Positions 24,687-37,167 of a stretch of 64,000 nucleotides of DNA are shown here, piece by piece. The stretch covers positions 5,084,001-5,148,000 of the forward strand of contig NC_087437.1 in the NCBI RefSeq assembly GCF_036321535.1. The letters are read 5' to 3'. The stretch is from Camelus dromedarius (Eukaryota). The notes under the pieces were generated by a model. That model saw only the letters and a program-made list of their open reading frames with translations, did not search any database and was not told the DNA's origin. The position numbers and the translations under genes are program-made. Numbering within the stretch: the stretch's first letter is position 1; each line of letters starts with the position of its first letter.

Positions 24687-26838
24687 TGATACCAAAACCA
24701 GGCAAAGACACCACCAAAAAAGAGAATTACAGCCCAATGTCACCAATGAACATAGATGCCAAAATCCTCACCAAAATATTAGCAAATAGAATCCAACAGC
24801 ACATAAAAAAGATGATACATCATCACCAAGTGGGGTTCATCCCAGGGACACAAGGGTGGTTCAACATATGCAAATCAATCAATGTAATACATCATATCAA
24901 CAAGAGAAAGGACAAAAACCACATGATTACCTCAATAGATGCAGAAAAAGCATTTGATAAAATTCAACACCCATTTATGATAAAAACTCTCACCAAAGTG
25001 GGTATAGAAGGAACATATCTCAACATCATAAAAGCTATATATGACAAACCTAAAGCCACCATAGTACTCAACAGTGAAAAACTCAAAAGCTTCCCACTAA
25101 AATCTGGGAGAAGACAAGGCTGCCCACTACCACCACTCCTATTCAACATAGTCTTGGAAGTCCTAGCCACAGCAATCAGGCAAGAGAGAGAAATAAAAGG
25201 GATCCAAATTGGAAAAGAAGAGGTAAAAGTGTCACTATATGCAGATGACATGATACTATATATAGAAAACCCTAAAAGGTCCACACAAAAACTACTAGAA
25301 ATAATCGAAGAATTCAGCAAGGTAGCAGGTTACAAGATTAACGTTCAAAAATCAGTTGCATTTCTTTACACTAATGATGAATCAACAGGAAAAGAAAGTA
25401 AAGAAACAATCCCCTTTAAAATAGCACCCAAAGTAATAAAATACCTAGGAATAAATCTAACCAAGGAGGTGAAAGACTTATACACGGAAAACTATAAAAC
25501 TATTAAGGAAATTAAAGAAGACTTTAAAAAATGGAAAGATATCCCATGCTTGTGGATTGGAAGAATCAATATTGTTAAAATGGTCACACTGCCCAAGGCA
25601 ATCTACAGATTTAATGCAATCCCTATCAAATTACCCAGGACATATTTCACAGAACTAGAACAAAGCATAATAAAGTTTATATGGAACCGTCAAAGACCTA
25701 GAATTGCCAAAACATTACTGAAGAAAAAGAAAGAGGCTGGAGGAATAACTCTCCCAGACTTCAGACAATACTACAGAGCTACAGTGATCAAGACAGCATG
25801 GTATTGGTACAAAAACAGACATATGGACAAATAGAACAGAATAGAGAGCCCAGAAATGAACTCACAAACTTTTGGTCAACTAATCTTCGACAAAGGAGGC
25901 AAGAATACACAATGGAATAAAGACAGTCTCTTCAGCAAATGGTGTTGGGAAAACTGGACAGCAGCATGTAAAGCAATGAAGCTAGAACACTCCCTCACAC
26001 CACACACAAAAGTCAACTCAAAATGGATCAAACACTTAAACATAAGACAAGATACAATAAACCTCCTAGAAGAAAATACAGGCAAAACATTATGTGACAT
26101 ACATCTCAAAAATGCTCTCCTAGAACAGTCTACCCAAGCAATAGAAATAAAAGTAAGAATAAACAAATGCGGCCTAATTAAACTTACAAGCTTCTGCACA
26201 GCAAAGGAAACCATAAGTAAAACAAAATGACAACCTACAGAATGGAGAAAATTTTTGCAAATGAAATCGACAAAGGTTGATCTCCAGAATATATAAGCAG
26301 CTCATACGACTTAATAAGAAAAAAACAATCCATCCAAAAATGGGCAAAAGACCTAAACAAGCAATTCTCTGAGGAAGAAATACAAATGATCAATAGGCAC
26401 ATGAAAAAATCCTCAATATCACTAATTATCAGAGAAACGCAAATCAAAACTACAGTGAGGTATCACCTCACACCAGTCAGAATGGCCATCTTTCAAAAGC
26501 CCGCAAATGACAAATGCTGGAGAGGCTGTGAAGAAAAGGGAACCCTCCTACACTGCTGGTGGGAATGCAGTTTGGTGCAGCCACTGTGGAAAACAGTATG
26601 GAGATTCCTCAAAAGACTAGGAATAGACTTACCATATGACCCAGGAATCCCGCTCCTGGGCATATATCCAGAAGGGACCCTACTTCAAAATGACACTTGC
26701 ACCCCAATGTTCATAGCAGCACTATTTACAATAGCCAAGACATGGAAACAGCCTAAATGTCCATCAACAGATGACTGGATAAAGATGTGGTCTGTTTATA
26801 CAACGGAATACTATTCAGCCATAAAAATGACAATATAA
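24687..26838 (+). pseudogene. L1 ORF2 fragment (RT and C-terminal domain), disrupted
   Basis: ORF 24737-25834 has QGCPL and YADD RT motifs; TAG at 25832-25834 where ORF2 normally has W; continues 25856-26230; further disruptions; 26386-26838 has [15 protein letters not shown] knuckle; endonuclease domain and ORF1 absent. Confidence 0.97.
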
Positions 26839-27252
26839 TGCCATTTGCAGCAACATGGATGTTCCTGGAGGATGTCATTCTAAGTGAAGTAAGCCAGAAA
26901 GAGAAAGAAAAATACCATATGAGATTTCTCATATGTGGAATCTTAAAAAAAAAAAACCAGAAACAGACTCATAGAGATAGAATACAAACTTGTGGTTGCC
27001 AAGGGGGCAGGGGGTGGGAAGCGACAGACTGGGATTTCAAAATGTAGAATAGATAAACAATATTATACTGTATAGCACAGGGAAATATATACAAGATCTT
27101 GTGGTAGCTCACAGTGAAAAAAAATGTGACAAGGAGTATATGTATGTTCATGTATAACTGAAAAATTGTGCCCTACAGTGGAATTTGACACAACATTGTA
27201 AAATGACTATAACTCAATAAAAAAAGTTAAAAAAAAAAAAAAGAAGAAAAAC
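24687..27252 (+). mobile_element. 5'-truncated young LINE-1 (about 2.6 kb)
   Basis: ORF2 homology throughout, 3' UTR ending CTCAATAAAAAA plus poly(A); TSD AAAACACTCAGCC (24674-24686) / AAAGCACTCAGCC (27253-27265). Confidence 0.98.
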
Positions 27253-27309
27253 AAAGCACTCAGCCCTATCAAATCTTCATCCAGCCATCAGTTTGGAATT
27301 ATTCTTTCA

Positions 27310-27450
27310 TGTATGGATTCATTGAGCAATTATGGACGAAGTAGCTCCTACGTGCTGAGAACTTACTAGATGACAGGGGTACTATTAATCCTAAAACCCA
27401 GCATTCATTGGGTGTGATACTCCCATTCTACAGATAGCGAAACTGAGGAG
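27310..27450 (-). mobile_element. MIR SINE
   Basis: CCCATTCTACAGATAGCGAAACTGAGG. Confidence 0.6.
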
Positions 27451-28648
27451 GAACAGAAAGATGTTATAGCAGTGAGTGTGGGAGATCTGTTCCCTGCCCT
27501 GGGGGAGCTGATAGTCCAGTATGGGAGGCAGAAATCAAATAAATAATCACACAATGACTAAACTCTAACAGTGGTGAATGCTATAAAGAAGGTGGGAGCT
27601 TGTCATAGTCTGGGGGACAGATAGGAAAGGGGCTGGGGAATGGCTCTGAAGATCCTAGAGATGGGGCCGGGACTAGAACGAGGCAAGAGAGGCGGCGAGG
27701 GTGGGAAACGTAGGGATGCATCACAGGGGCCCTGGGTGCAGCCTCTCCTGCTGCGCCCTGATCCCAGCCTAGCCCAGAGATAAGATGCAATGAGATACAG
27801 GAAGTTCTCTTGGGGGATAGTTGGGTGTAAGTGCATGGCTTTGAGGTTGTCTGCAGAGTTGGGGAGAGGGAATAACTGCTGTGGGGACCACTTGGAGGTG
27901 TTGGCTTCAAATGAGAGCAGGGACACTCCTTCCATTTCAGCAGAAGGGAGAGCAGAGCATTTGGGGACGGATGCAGGCAAATGGAGCAACTTCATAGTTG
28001 GGAAGAAGGGAGAGTTTCTGACTGTGTTCTGTTTTCTCAGTAAAAAACCAGACAAGGTTGTCATCTGGGAGGGAGGCCAGAGAGGGGAAGACGGCAGTTA
28101 GAGGACAGACAAGAAAGCCCCAGATGATTGTATTCAGGAGTGGCGGAGCCTGCCTTGGCAGCCCAGGTGAGGCCTCTGCAGGCTCAAGATGGTGATCATG
28201 AATTTAAGGTGAGACCAGTTGTCACAGTTGTGCGTTTTGCTCCAGCAGGAGTCTGCTACCCAGGTAGAGGTGTGGAGTGGGTGGATTTAACTTCAGTTGG
28301 ATTTAACCAGGGGAATAGGCATCAGGGAGCCGGGGGGAGGTTGCCAGGAGGCAGTGAGGGTAACGATGGATCACAGACTGTGATTTGAGGGAAGAGGAAG
28401 GCAGGGACTCGAGCAGGGTAATGGATAAGGAAACAACGGCTTCTGGACTGAATGCCTCCGTGGAGAAGCAGGCTTGATGGCTTGGTGTGGGCTGTCTGAG
28501 TCAGCGAGCAGGCAGCTTTCTGCGGTGATACTTTTATCGGTGGTGACAACTCAGGGAAATGACTATGGGAGAGGATGGCTGGTGGGGTGCATTTGAGGAA
28601 AAGAGAAATGGAGGTGAAGAAGTCAAAGGGTAGAAATGCCAAGTGTTG

Positions 28649-29368
28649 CTGTTGGTGGGAATGTAAATTGGTGCAGCCACTATAGAGGACAGCATGGAAG
28701 TTCCTTAAAAAACTAAAAATAGACTTACCATATGATCCAGAAATCCCACTCCTGGGCATATTCCAGAGGAAATTCTAATTTGAAAAGACACATGCACCTC
28801 AATGCATCACTATTTACAATAACCAAGACATGAAAGCAACCTAAATGTCTAGCGACAGATGACTGGATAAAGAAGCTGTGATATATATGTATATGTATAT
28901 TCATTACTCAGCCATACAAAAAGAATGAAATAATGGCATTTGCAGCAACATGGATAGAACTAGAGATTATCATATTAAGTAAGTCAGACAGAGAAAGACA
29001 AATATCATATGACATCACTTATATGTGGAATCAAAAAAAACTGACACAAATGAACTTATTTACAAATCAAAATTAGACTCAGGGACATAGAAAGCAAACT
29101 TATGGTTATCAAAGGGTTGGGGAGGGATAAATTAGGAATTTGGGATTAACAGATACACATTACTATACACAAAATAGATTAAACAGCAAGGACCTACTGT
29201 ACAGCACAGGGAACTATACTCAATTTCTTGTAATAACCTATGATGGAAAAGAATCTGAAAAGAATATACATATATGTATGTATATGTATAACAAATCACT
29301 TTGCTGCATACCTGAAATTAACATTGTAAATCAACTACACTTCAGTAAAAAAATAAAATAAAATAAAG
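28649..29368 (+). mobile_element. L1 3' end with TSD
   Basis: CTGTTGGTGGGAATGTAAATTGGTGCAGCCAC...ACTTCAG then A-rich tail; TSD GAAATGCCAAGTGTTG (28633-28648) / GAAATGCTAAGTGTTG (29369-29384). Confidence 0.95.
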
Positions 29369-30960
29369 GAAATGCTAAGTGTTGGATGAGTCATCATATA
29401 GGTACTGAAATTGTGTTTCCAGAGCCACAGTGGAGAGTTAGGGTGCTAGGTGCTGGAAACTTGCACAATTAGGGGTGATCACTTTGGGATCGTTACACAA
29501 TAGGACCAGAGAGGGGTTGAGATGCTCTGCTTAGGAAGCGTGAACATCAAAGGAGCTGGGGTTTTTGCAGGTAAAAGAATGGGAAATGGCTTGGAAATGG
29601 TAGTGGGAGGCAGGGAGGACCACTGTGAGAGGACAGAGCAGCCTCCATGTGGTGGGGCAAAAGGGACGTGGTGTCTTGAGGGCAGACCCGGTTCCAGCAT
29701 CAGGGCAAGAGGCTGAAGGGAAAGCTTGGAGAGGATGGCGAGACTCTAGAAGCTTTTGGCGATGGCAGAATGTGAGCTCTGAAGGGCCCAGGGGCAGGTT
29801 TGAGGGCAGAGCAGCGGAGATTGGGGTGGTCAGCAGTACCAGGAAAGTAGTATGGGGGTTGCGGTTGATCTGGGCAACTGATACATCTGATGGTCTGGAA
29901 GACGGAGACAATTTTTTTGGAGGGGAGAGGGAAAGGGGGCTAATAGCTCTGCCAGCAATCATTTGTGTATTTTTTTTTAAATGATTTCCATTTATAATCC
30001 TTCTATATCAAATGATGATAGAAAACATCTTATCCTGAACACACTCTGTGTGAGAGCTTTCCTGAAATAGCTCAACGCGGCCCTTTCAGTGGATTTCACC
30101 AAAGGATGGTTTCCTTGGCCTCAGCTCTCTGAGAACCACCCCATCAGGATGAGCACAAGGAAGGGGCAGGAGTGTTGAGTTTTCAGCTCTGGGTGAAGCT
30201 ACCTCCACCAGAGCACGGCCTGCTCTCAACACCCACCGCAGACATCAGCTCGGATGTGGTGCTCCGACGTCAGGCCATGGTGCTGACGGGAAGTCCTCTT
30301 GGAGTTCCAGAGAGCGCGCTGGTGGAAATGATCTGGTCAGAGAAGTCACAGCCATGCCCCACCCTTTTCCTCCTGCCCAAGTTCATTTCTCCAAAACACT
30401 TGTCCTTAACGGGAAGGAGAAGAATCTATGGAGGAATTTGATATTCAGGGCCGAAGCGCCTCTTTATGGTTTTGATTATTCCCGGGTCTCCAGAACTAGT
30501 ATGTAAATCTTGGGGGCAGGGAGTCTTTTCTTTGGGGAGATCTGTCCTGCATTAAAGGGACCCATGTTGGAGGTGCCCGGGGAGGAGAGCTGACAGAACC
30601 CAAGGCCAGGTTTCCCGTGGCAGCAGCTGGTGCATTACCCCGCGGGCTGCTTTATGCCGGACAGGAGCCGTCAAGATCATGCCTGGGAAAGAAAATGCGC
30701 CAAGTCAGAGAAACCCCGAAGGCAATAAATATACAAGAATCCAACAAACTGGGCCCGGAAGGAGCACCCAGGCCCAGCCTAACACCCTCAGAGTCTTCCA
30801 CTCACAGCTGTGTCCACAGGAAAGGCAGTACAGGGTGAGTGTAGCATGCAGGGGCCTTGAATGAACGCCTTGAGGGCAGGGGGCATTTGCCGAGAGCATT
30901 GAGTTTTAAAACGCCATGAATCAGAGTGCCCCCGGGGAGTGATGATGCCTGATATTCAGG

Positions 30961-31052
30961 ATGCACACATGCGCACAGACACACATGCATGCACACACAT
31001 GCAGGCACACGCACATATATGTGCACACACACGCATATGCAGGCACACACAC
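30961..31052. repeat. Degenerate (CA/TG)n purine-pyrimidine microsatellite
   Basis: ATGCACACATGCGCACAGACACACATGCATGCACACAC... Confidence 0.8.
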
Positions 31053-32465
31053 TCCTCAAACCGCTAGTGGCGAGGCCCACCGACTCTGTGACTCAGCCTC
31101 AGATCTCCGTGTAATTATAGCTGGGTTTGGGGGTGACAGTGTACAGAGGGAGCTGGAATAAGACCCAGCCCTTCCAGGTCAGAGCATCTGGAATTTTCCC
31201 AGCAAAGCCTGAGTTTGTGGGCTTGGAGTTTCAGGGGGTGGTGGCAGGAGGAGTAGAGACTCTGAGCCAGGGCAGGGTTGAGGGGGGGAGGATGGAGGAA
31301 AGGAGACGAGTTTTAATAATCTTTTACTCTAACACCTTACAGCTTACAATGGCCTTACATCCAGACTGCCCCCTTGACCAGTGCGACTTCCGTAAAAGGT
31401 GGGTAATTTCCTGCCCTCTTTCTGGAGGAGGAAACTGGGGGCCCAGAGTTTAACTCCCTGCAGATCCAAGGAAAGGGCCAAGGTCTTCAGGCTCCTTAGG
31501 TTTCACCCTCTTCGCCCTTAATAATGAAAAAGTCAAGTGCAATGAATTCTTTAAAAACAGTAGCATAATAACCTTGTACGTAAGAATTCTGTAGAAGGGT
31601 GCTACGCAAATCGATGTATTTTACCTACTCTGTTTTCACAAAGTCCTTTACCAGCTTTTGGAGATTCTCATTTGTTGGCTGGGAAGCGCGTAGACAACAG
31701 GCTGGACATATGAGCTGAATGCTTAGCACGCCCTCAAAGATACTTCATTTTCCAGAGCATTCTAAGAAGGGGTTAATTGCTGAGCGCATGAAGGAACTTA
31801 AACCAGCTGAAACAGCTAATAAATCAGTCAGAAAATCAAGTGACTGGCCAATTGTGCCCTGACCACCACCTTTCAGACACACGTGTGTGCCTCTCCCCAG
31901 AGCAGCCAGTCCGTTCGGAATGGTCCACAATTCCTAGGGGAGGATGCGGCCTGCCAGCGCCTTGCTACAGCGTGTGCACCAGGTGCGCTGGGCGGTCTGT
32001 GTGGCTTGGAGAGGCAGTTCAGCCCTTTAGCTGCACAGACCTCGCCAAAGGGCATCCTGGGAACTGACCCATCGTGGATAAAGGCGAGTCTTGCTGTGGG
32101 TTGGAAGTAATTTAAATTAAAAGCTGCCCTGTGGGGGAAACCCTCTGCGCCCTCCTTCTGAAAGGCATCTTTTAAATGTGTGACCTCATTCTGTTCGCAG
32201 TGACCGGCTTTCCCCTTTTATTGCTTGTCTTTGTTTGTTCATAGCCCTCAGGAGTAGCGCCCCCCACCCCCACTGCACTCAAGTCCTCAGAAGGAGTCAG
32301 GAGAAGTCACTGGGAGGGGCTGGGATGGCCCCAGACGACTGGTGTGGGGTTCGGGGGACCTGAGGCTGGGGATCATTGCCTGGATTCAGGAAGCCTAGCC
32401 CAGGCGGGGGAAGGGGATGGTCGCTAAGACTCGGACGCCCAGCTAATACCCACACCAGGTGCTGC

Positions 32466-32821
32466 TTTTTTTTTTTCCCATTTTTCAGTTTTATTAGGTA
32501 AAATTGATACAATTTGATTGCACATATACAATGTATTGCATGTAAATACATACATACAGCATACTACACATTTAAAAAAACTTACATATATATGTACTGT
32601 TCATTGTTTCTAAGAACAATTTAGAGTTTTATCTTTTTAAACTTACATAGTTATCAAAGGAATAAAGCCAACCACAAAATAAGAATCAACAGAATGCAGT
32701 CATCCAATTATAAAGGACAGTCAAATGTGCTTACACATATTCAAGAAGTCAATCATCTAAGTTATAAGTAATAAGTAGTTCATTTGTGTTCTTTTCTTTT
32801 AGATTCCACATATAAGCGATG
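32466..32821 (-). mobile_element. Chimeric retroposed insertion: short L1 piece + about 290 bp non-L1 sequence + poly(A)
   Basis: T11 at 32466-32476, minus-strand AATAAA at 32490-32495, L1 piece at about 32777-32820, TSD CCAGGTGCTGCTTT (32455-32468) / CCAGGTCCAGCTTT (32822-32835). Confidence 0.7.
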
Positions 32822-33607
32822 CCAGGTCCAGCTTTAATTCTGTCTCTGTTCCTTCTCGCGTCCCAGCACATGCACAGACACACATGTTCACTCGTGCACA
32901 CATCTCTTACACAGGACAACTAGAATCAGAGGCCTGAAGACTGCAGCAAAACCTGCGTGAGACAGGAACTGATTTTTTTTTTTTTCCTCAAAAAAAGAGC
33001 TCCGATGTTGAGATCATTTCATTTTGAGCACAGACCACGGACATTCTGCTTTTGCGTAGCTGGGTTGGAGGTCACATGTCAGGTCAAGTTCTTGTTCCTC
33101 CTGACCGTTGGACCCCACTCCAGGGATGGGATGTGGGCAGGGGCACCGAGCAAACCTTTGTCCACTTAATGTTTCGAGATGCGCCCTGGGGAAGCAGGTG
33201 GGAACTGCTGCTCCCTGCAGACTTGGGGTTTGTCTCCTTTCCTGTGATTTGCCTGAGGCATTCCCCCTCCTATGAAGTTTCTCTGACAAACCGACTTCCT
33301 AATTTGACTACATACATTTTCCTCCTCTGCCCGGTTACACTGGGAAATATATGCAGAGTGGAAAAACGCCTGCAGCCCCCTCGCCTGTGAGCCTGTGTGT
33401 GAATGGGGCCAGGAAGAATGAAGACAAAAGTTCGCTTTCCTCTCATGTAGCTCTTGGTGCAGGGATCTGGGATCTGGACCTTAAACACAGACATACTGCG
33501 AGCCAACACCTACGGACTGTGTCTGTCTTAGCAGCAACCCCGCCCCATCCCCTCTTCAGGGCCCGTTTGCCCCCCCGGAGATTTCACTCACAAATGGCAA
33601 TGATTTA

Positions 33608-33622
33608 TTTATTTTTAAACAT

Positions 33623-33661
<39 letters not shown>

Positions 33662-33799
33662 GTATTTTATTTGGGGGGGGCGGGGAGGTAATTAGGATTT
33701 TATTTATTTATTTATTTAATGGAGGTACTGGGAGATTGAACCCAGGACCTCTCGCATGTTAAGCACGCACTCTCCCACTGAGCCTTACCCCCACCCCCA
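33608..33799 (-). mobile_element. vic-1-like tRNA-derived SINE
   Basis: (ATTT)n tail, GGAGGTAATTAGG, ATGGAGGTACTGGG..TTGAACCCAGGACC; TSD GCAATGATTTA (33597-33607) / GCAATGACTTA (33800-33810). Confidence 0.92.
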
Positions 33800-34089
33800 G
33801 CAATGACTTACTGAAGCATTTTGGCTCAGGCCGGACCAGCAGGCACTGATGTGGGGCTGGCAGGAGGAGCAGCCCCATCCTGGAGCAGGATGCCGGAGAC
33901 CTGGCATGATGCAGGACCAGGTCAGATGGTGCCTTCTGCTCCACCTGACTGATGTGCTCCAGAGATGCTCTTTCCTGGTGCCCTCAGAGGCCCACCTGTG
34001 GGGAGCCGGAATGCTTAATTACCGGGGAATCATTGGCACTAACTGATCACAGTGACTCTGCCACATCGGCTGGAGGGAGGTCCCAAAGG

Positions 34090-34173
34090 GCCTCACAGAC
34101 ACACTCAGAGTAATATTTACCCAGCTGTCGGGGTACTCCCTGGCCCAGGCAAGCTGATGTAAAATTAACCATC
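34090..34173 (-). mobile_element. MLT2 (ERVL) LTR 5' fragment
   Basis: CCTCACAGACACACTCAGAGTAATATTTACCCAG...TAAAATTAACCATC. Confidence 0.65.
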
Positions 34174-34649
34174 CCGGTTGCTGAATCAGAGGAGTGGCCC
34201 GGGGTGCAGAGGGGAGAGCTGGGGTTTCCTGGATGGTGGTGGGCACCTGTGGGAGAGGGAGAGTGACAACTGACGGATTCATATGGAAGCATTTCAACAT
34301 TTCCACGGCTGGTTTGGCTGGATCTTTGTGCTTCAACTCAGCAACTGCTCTGCCTGAACACGCAGTGTGCGGTGAGGCAGATTTTCCTGCCCACTGTGTA
34401 GCAATTCCCAGCACATCATGGAAGCTCCAACAGATGATGACTTAGGCTAAGTTAATAAGATGCAGCCACAGCCAACGCGAGAGATGCAAACAGCAAAGAT
34501 GGGAAAATTGATCTGGGCAGCAGTGGCAGGAATCGCCCATTTCCCTGAGCGCAGTGGTGGCTTCTAGTCACAGAGACAGCAGCTGTGTTGAGTGTCTACC
34601 AGGTGACAGGTGTGGTTTTAACCATTCTCACTTCTGTTACGTCCTCAGG

Positions 34650-34780
34650 CCCTGCATTCAGTCAAATTCAATCCTGCATCCTCACTGCCTGTGTGATCTG
34701 GAGGAAGTTCCTTAGCATCTGCAAGCCTCAGTTCCCTCCCCTGAAGAACTGGCATAAAGATAATACCTACCTCATGGAGA
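34650..34780 (+). mobile_element. MIR SINE
   Basis: CTGTGTGATCTGGAGGAAGTTCCTTAGCATCTGCAAGCCTCAGTT...TACCTACCTCAT. Confidence 0.65.
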
Positions 34781-36725
34781 GTCACAGGCAGAAAGGAGAA
34801 TTTGGACCAGAAAAACGTCAAGTCTGGGCCCTTCTGGGAGATCATCAAAATATCCCACTAGACTTGCCAGCCCTCCGATCTGATGCAAATTAAGTCCTCT
34901 GAGTCCAGGAACTGGGGGTCAGGAGAGTGGGCACCCTTCTCCTTCTCCATACCATGGAAAGGTCTGATCTTTGATAATGAAGTTATCCCGGAATTTATTT
35001 CACCATCCTTTGCTAGCTTGTGACCATCTCCAGGGGTCCTAACAAAGTTGAATTTCTGAACCTGACAAGTTTAGAACCGTCACTGCGGGAGACGTTCCAA
35101 AGCTCTGACTCTCCAGAATCCAGCCGGAGGAGCCAGCTCGCGCTGGAAGGTGCATCTTGGCCTCGCTCACGCCAGCTCTTCTTTCTTCCCCGTCTTCCCC
35201 CTTGCTCCATTTGGCCCTTTTCCTTCCTCCTCTTCCCTCCTCTGATAAAGAGGATAATTTCCTTCCTTTTCCCCATCTGTTTTGTCTCATCAGTGTCAGC
35301 ATTTACTGTCTCTTCCTCCTCTTCTCTGCATACCCACCTTCTTTTTCCTTCTGTCTTACTCCTTGTCTGTCTCTTTCCTCTTTGTCTCCCCATATGTGCA
35401 CATGTGCGCGGGCACAGAGACACACACACATACCAGTTGCTAATTGTCACCTGCACCTTCCACATTCAATGCACCTAGAAGCGGAAGATAAACGTCAGGC
35501 ACAGGATGTCAAGATGCCATTCAGTACAGCACTGAACGGTCCTCGGTCCTGTCTCACAAGAGCACTTGGATAAGTGGCCGCCTGAGATGATGCTGGTGCT
35601 CATCAGCCCTTCTTGGCAGTGTTCCCCTGATCTTTGCACACGCTGACATCTGCCTGGCATCCCTGCACGTCACCAGCAGCACCCTGCACCCCCACATGAA
35701 AGCCGTTCTTTGATGAGGGTTCAGGAGGGAAGGCAGAGGATGGACTTTCGGGTCACTGAGCAGCGGCGGAGATGCTTGGGGAAGGTAGGCAGCTGTTTTT
35801 ATCCCCTACTGCTGTCCTGCCTCTGAGGGACTTTTTGTGGCCTCTTTGGGCCTAGCTCCGGGCCCCTGGGCTGTGTGGAGAGGTGAGGTCCCTGTGCCAA
35901 GGGTCTGAGCTCTACTCGGCTGCGAGCTTCTCGTTCCTCCGCCACTTGCGTCTCCTGGGCTGGATGTCTGTCCTCTGGATGTTGCGTGGGAGGAACTGGA
36001 CTCTGAGTTGGTTTCTGTTTTCTCCTGAAGCCGTCTAGGGAACTGAGGTCGGGAAATAAACCACCAGACTTGGGCAGCGTAGCTTTAACCACCGTCTGAA
36101 ATGTCTGGGCTGACGACGGGACGTCTCAGATGGCGAGTCCTGAGGCTGTGCTGGCTGAGGCTCCCACACCCCAGGCAGACAAGAGGTGCTGCTTCCCCTC
36201 TGTGGATGCAGGGGATTCGGTGGGCCAGTTGATGCTCTCGTGTCTGAAATGTTAGACTCTGCCTCTGTTTTGGAGAGATTTTCTTAGACAAGAAAGTTAC
36301 TAGTGATTTAGATGTCCAGGGTGTCTTTCTTCAAAGAACTTAAGACCTAGCAGAATTTGATAAACATTGAGGTTTGATCTTGATGGAACACTAGAGATGG
36401 ACGATTTGAAGATTACTTAACTTTCTGCAGAGAATAGATTTATCTGCTATTGAAAAATGCCTGGGATGGGGGAGTCGGGGGGGGTAGTCTGGGGCCCACA
36501 TCTCTGTCCTTGGGGAGGGCTGCTCTCCAGTAAGAGGGGCTTGGCGTCAACAACCCACCCCTAGGCTGAAGAAACCCACTCAAGATAGCTTAAGTCCAAA
36601 AAGGGAACATTTAAACAATGACGAAGTTTATCATTCTCTAAGGAAGGCTGCTGACAATAGCAGACATTCATCTCTGATTCTATGCTCATTTAAAATTTTT
36701 AAATTAAACTCTTACGTGCTTAAAG

Positions 36726-36940
36726 CTTTTTATTGACGTATAATACATGCAGATACAGAAAAATGCACATCTCAAGTGTAGAGCTTGATGAATTCTTACG
36801 AACTGAACACATCTAAGTAACCAGCCCCCGATCCAGAAACAGAATTCTGGCCAGCATCTCAGAAGCCCCACCCACTCCCCTTTCCACCCACTGCCCCGCG
36901 AGACTGACCGCTCTCCTGATTTCCAACACCTAGATTAATT
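36726..36940 (-). mobile_element. Ancient L1M 3' end
   Basis: TTTTTATTGACGTATAATACAT...AAATGCACATCTCAAGTGTAGAGCTTGATGAATT...CTCCTGATTTCCAACACC. Confidence 0.7.
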
Positions 36941-37010
36941 AAGGACAGCCATCAAGTAGGTGTTGAATGCTTCACAGTCATTTCATGTCAAGATAAACTT
37001 GTTCAGGAAT

Positions 37011-37093
37011 GGGGGAGGGTATAGCTCAGCAGTAGAGTGCGTGCCTAGCAAGAACCAGGTCCTGGGTCCAATCCCCAGTACCTCCATTAACAA

Positions 37094-37136
<43 letters not shown>

Positions 37137-37167
37137 AAATAGTAAACAATGTTAAAAAAAAAAAAAA
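37011..37167 (+). mobile_element. vic-1-like tRNA-derived SINE with (TAAA)n tail
   Basis: GGGGGAGGGTATAGCTCAGCAGTAGAG...GGTCCTGGGTCCAATCCCCAGTACCTCCA. Confidence 0.92.

Noticed and set aside
24737..25834. Reverse transcriptase as part of a novel system (retron, DGR or domesticated gene)
   Set aside because: Ordinary LINE-1 ORF2: truncated, stop-interrupted, with L1 3' UTR, poly(A) and TSD
37011..37086. tRNA-Ala gene
   Set aside because: Degenerate A/B boxes, A-rich tail and many dispersed TSD-flanked relatives make it a SINE
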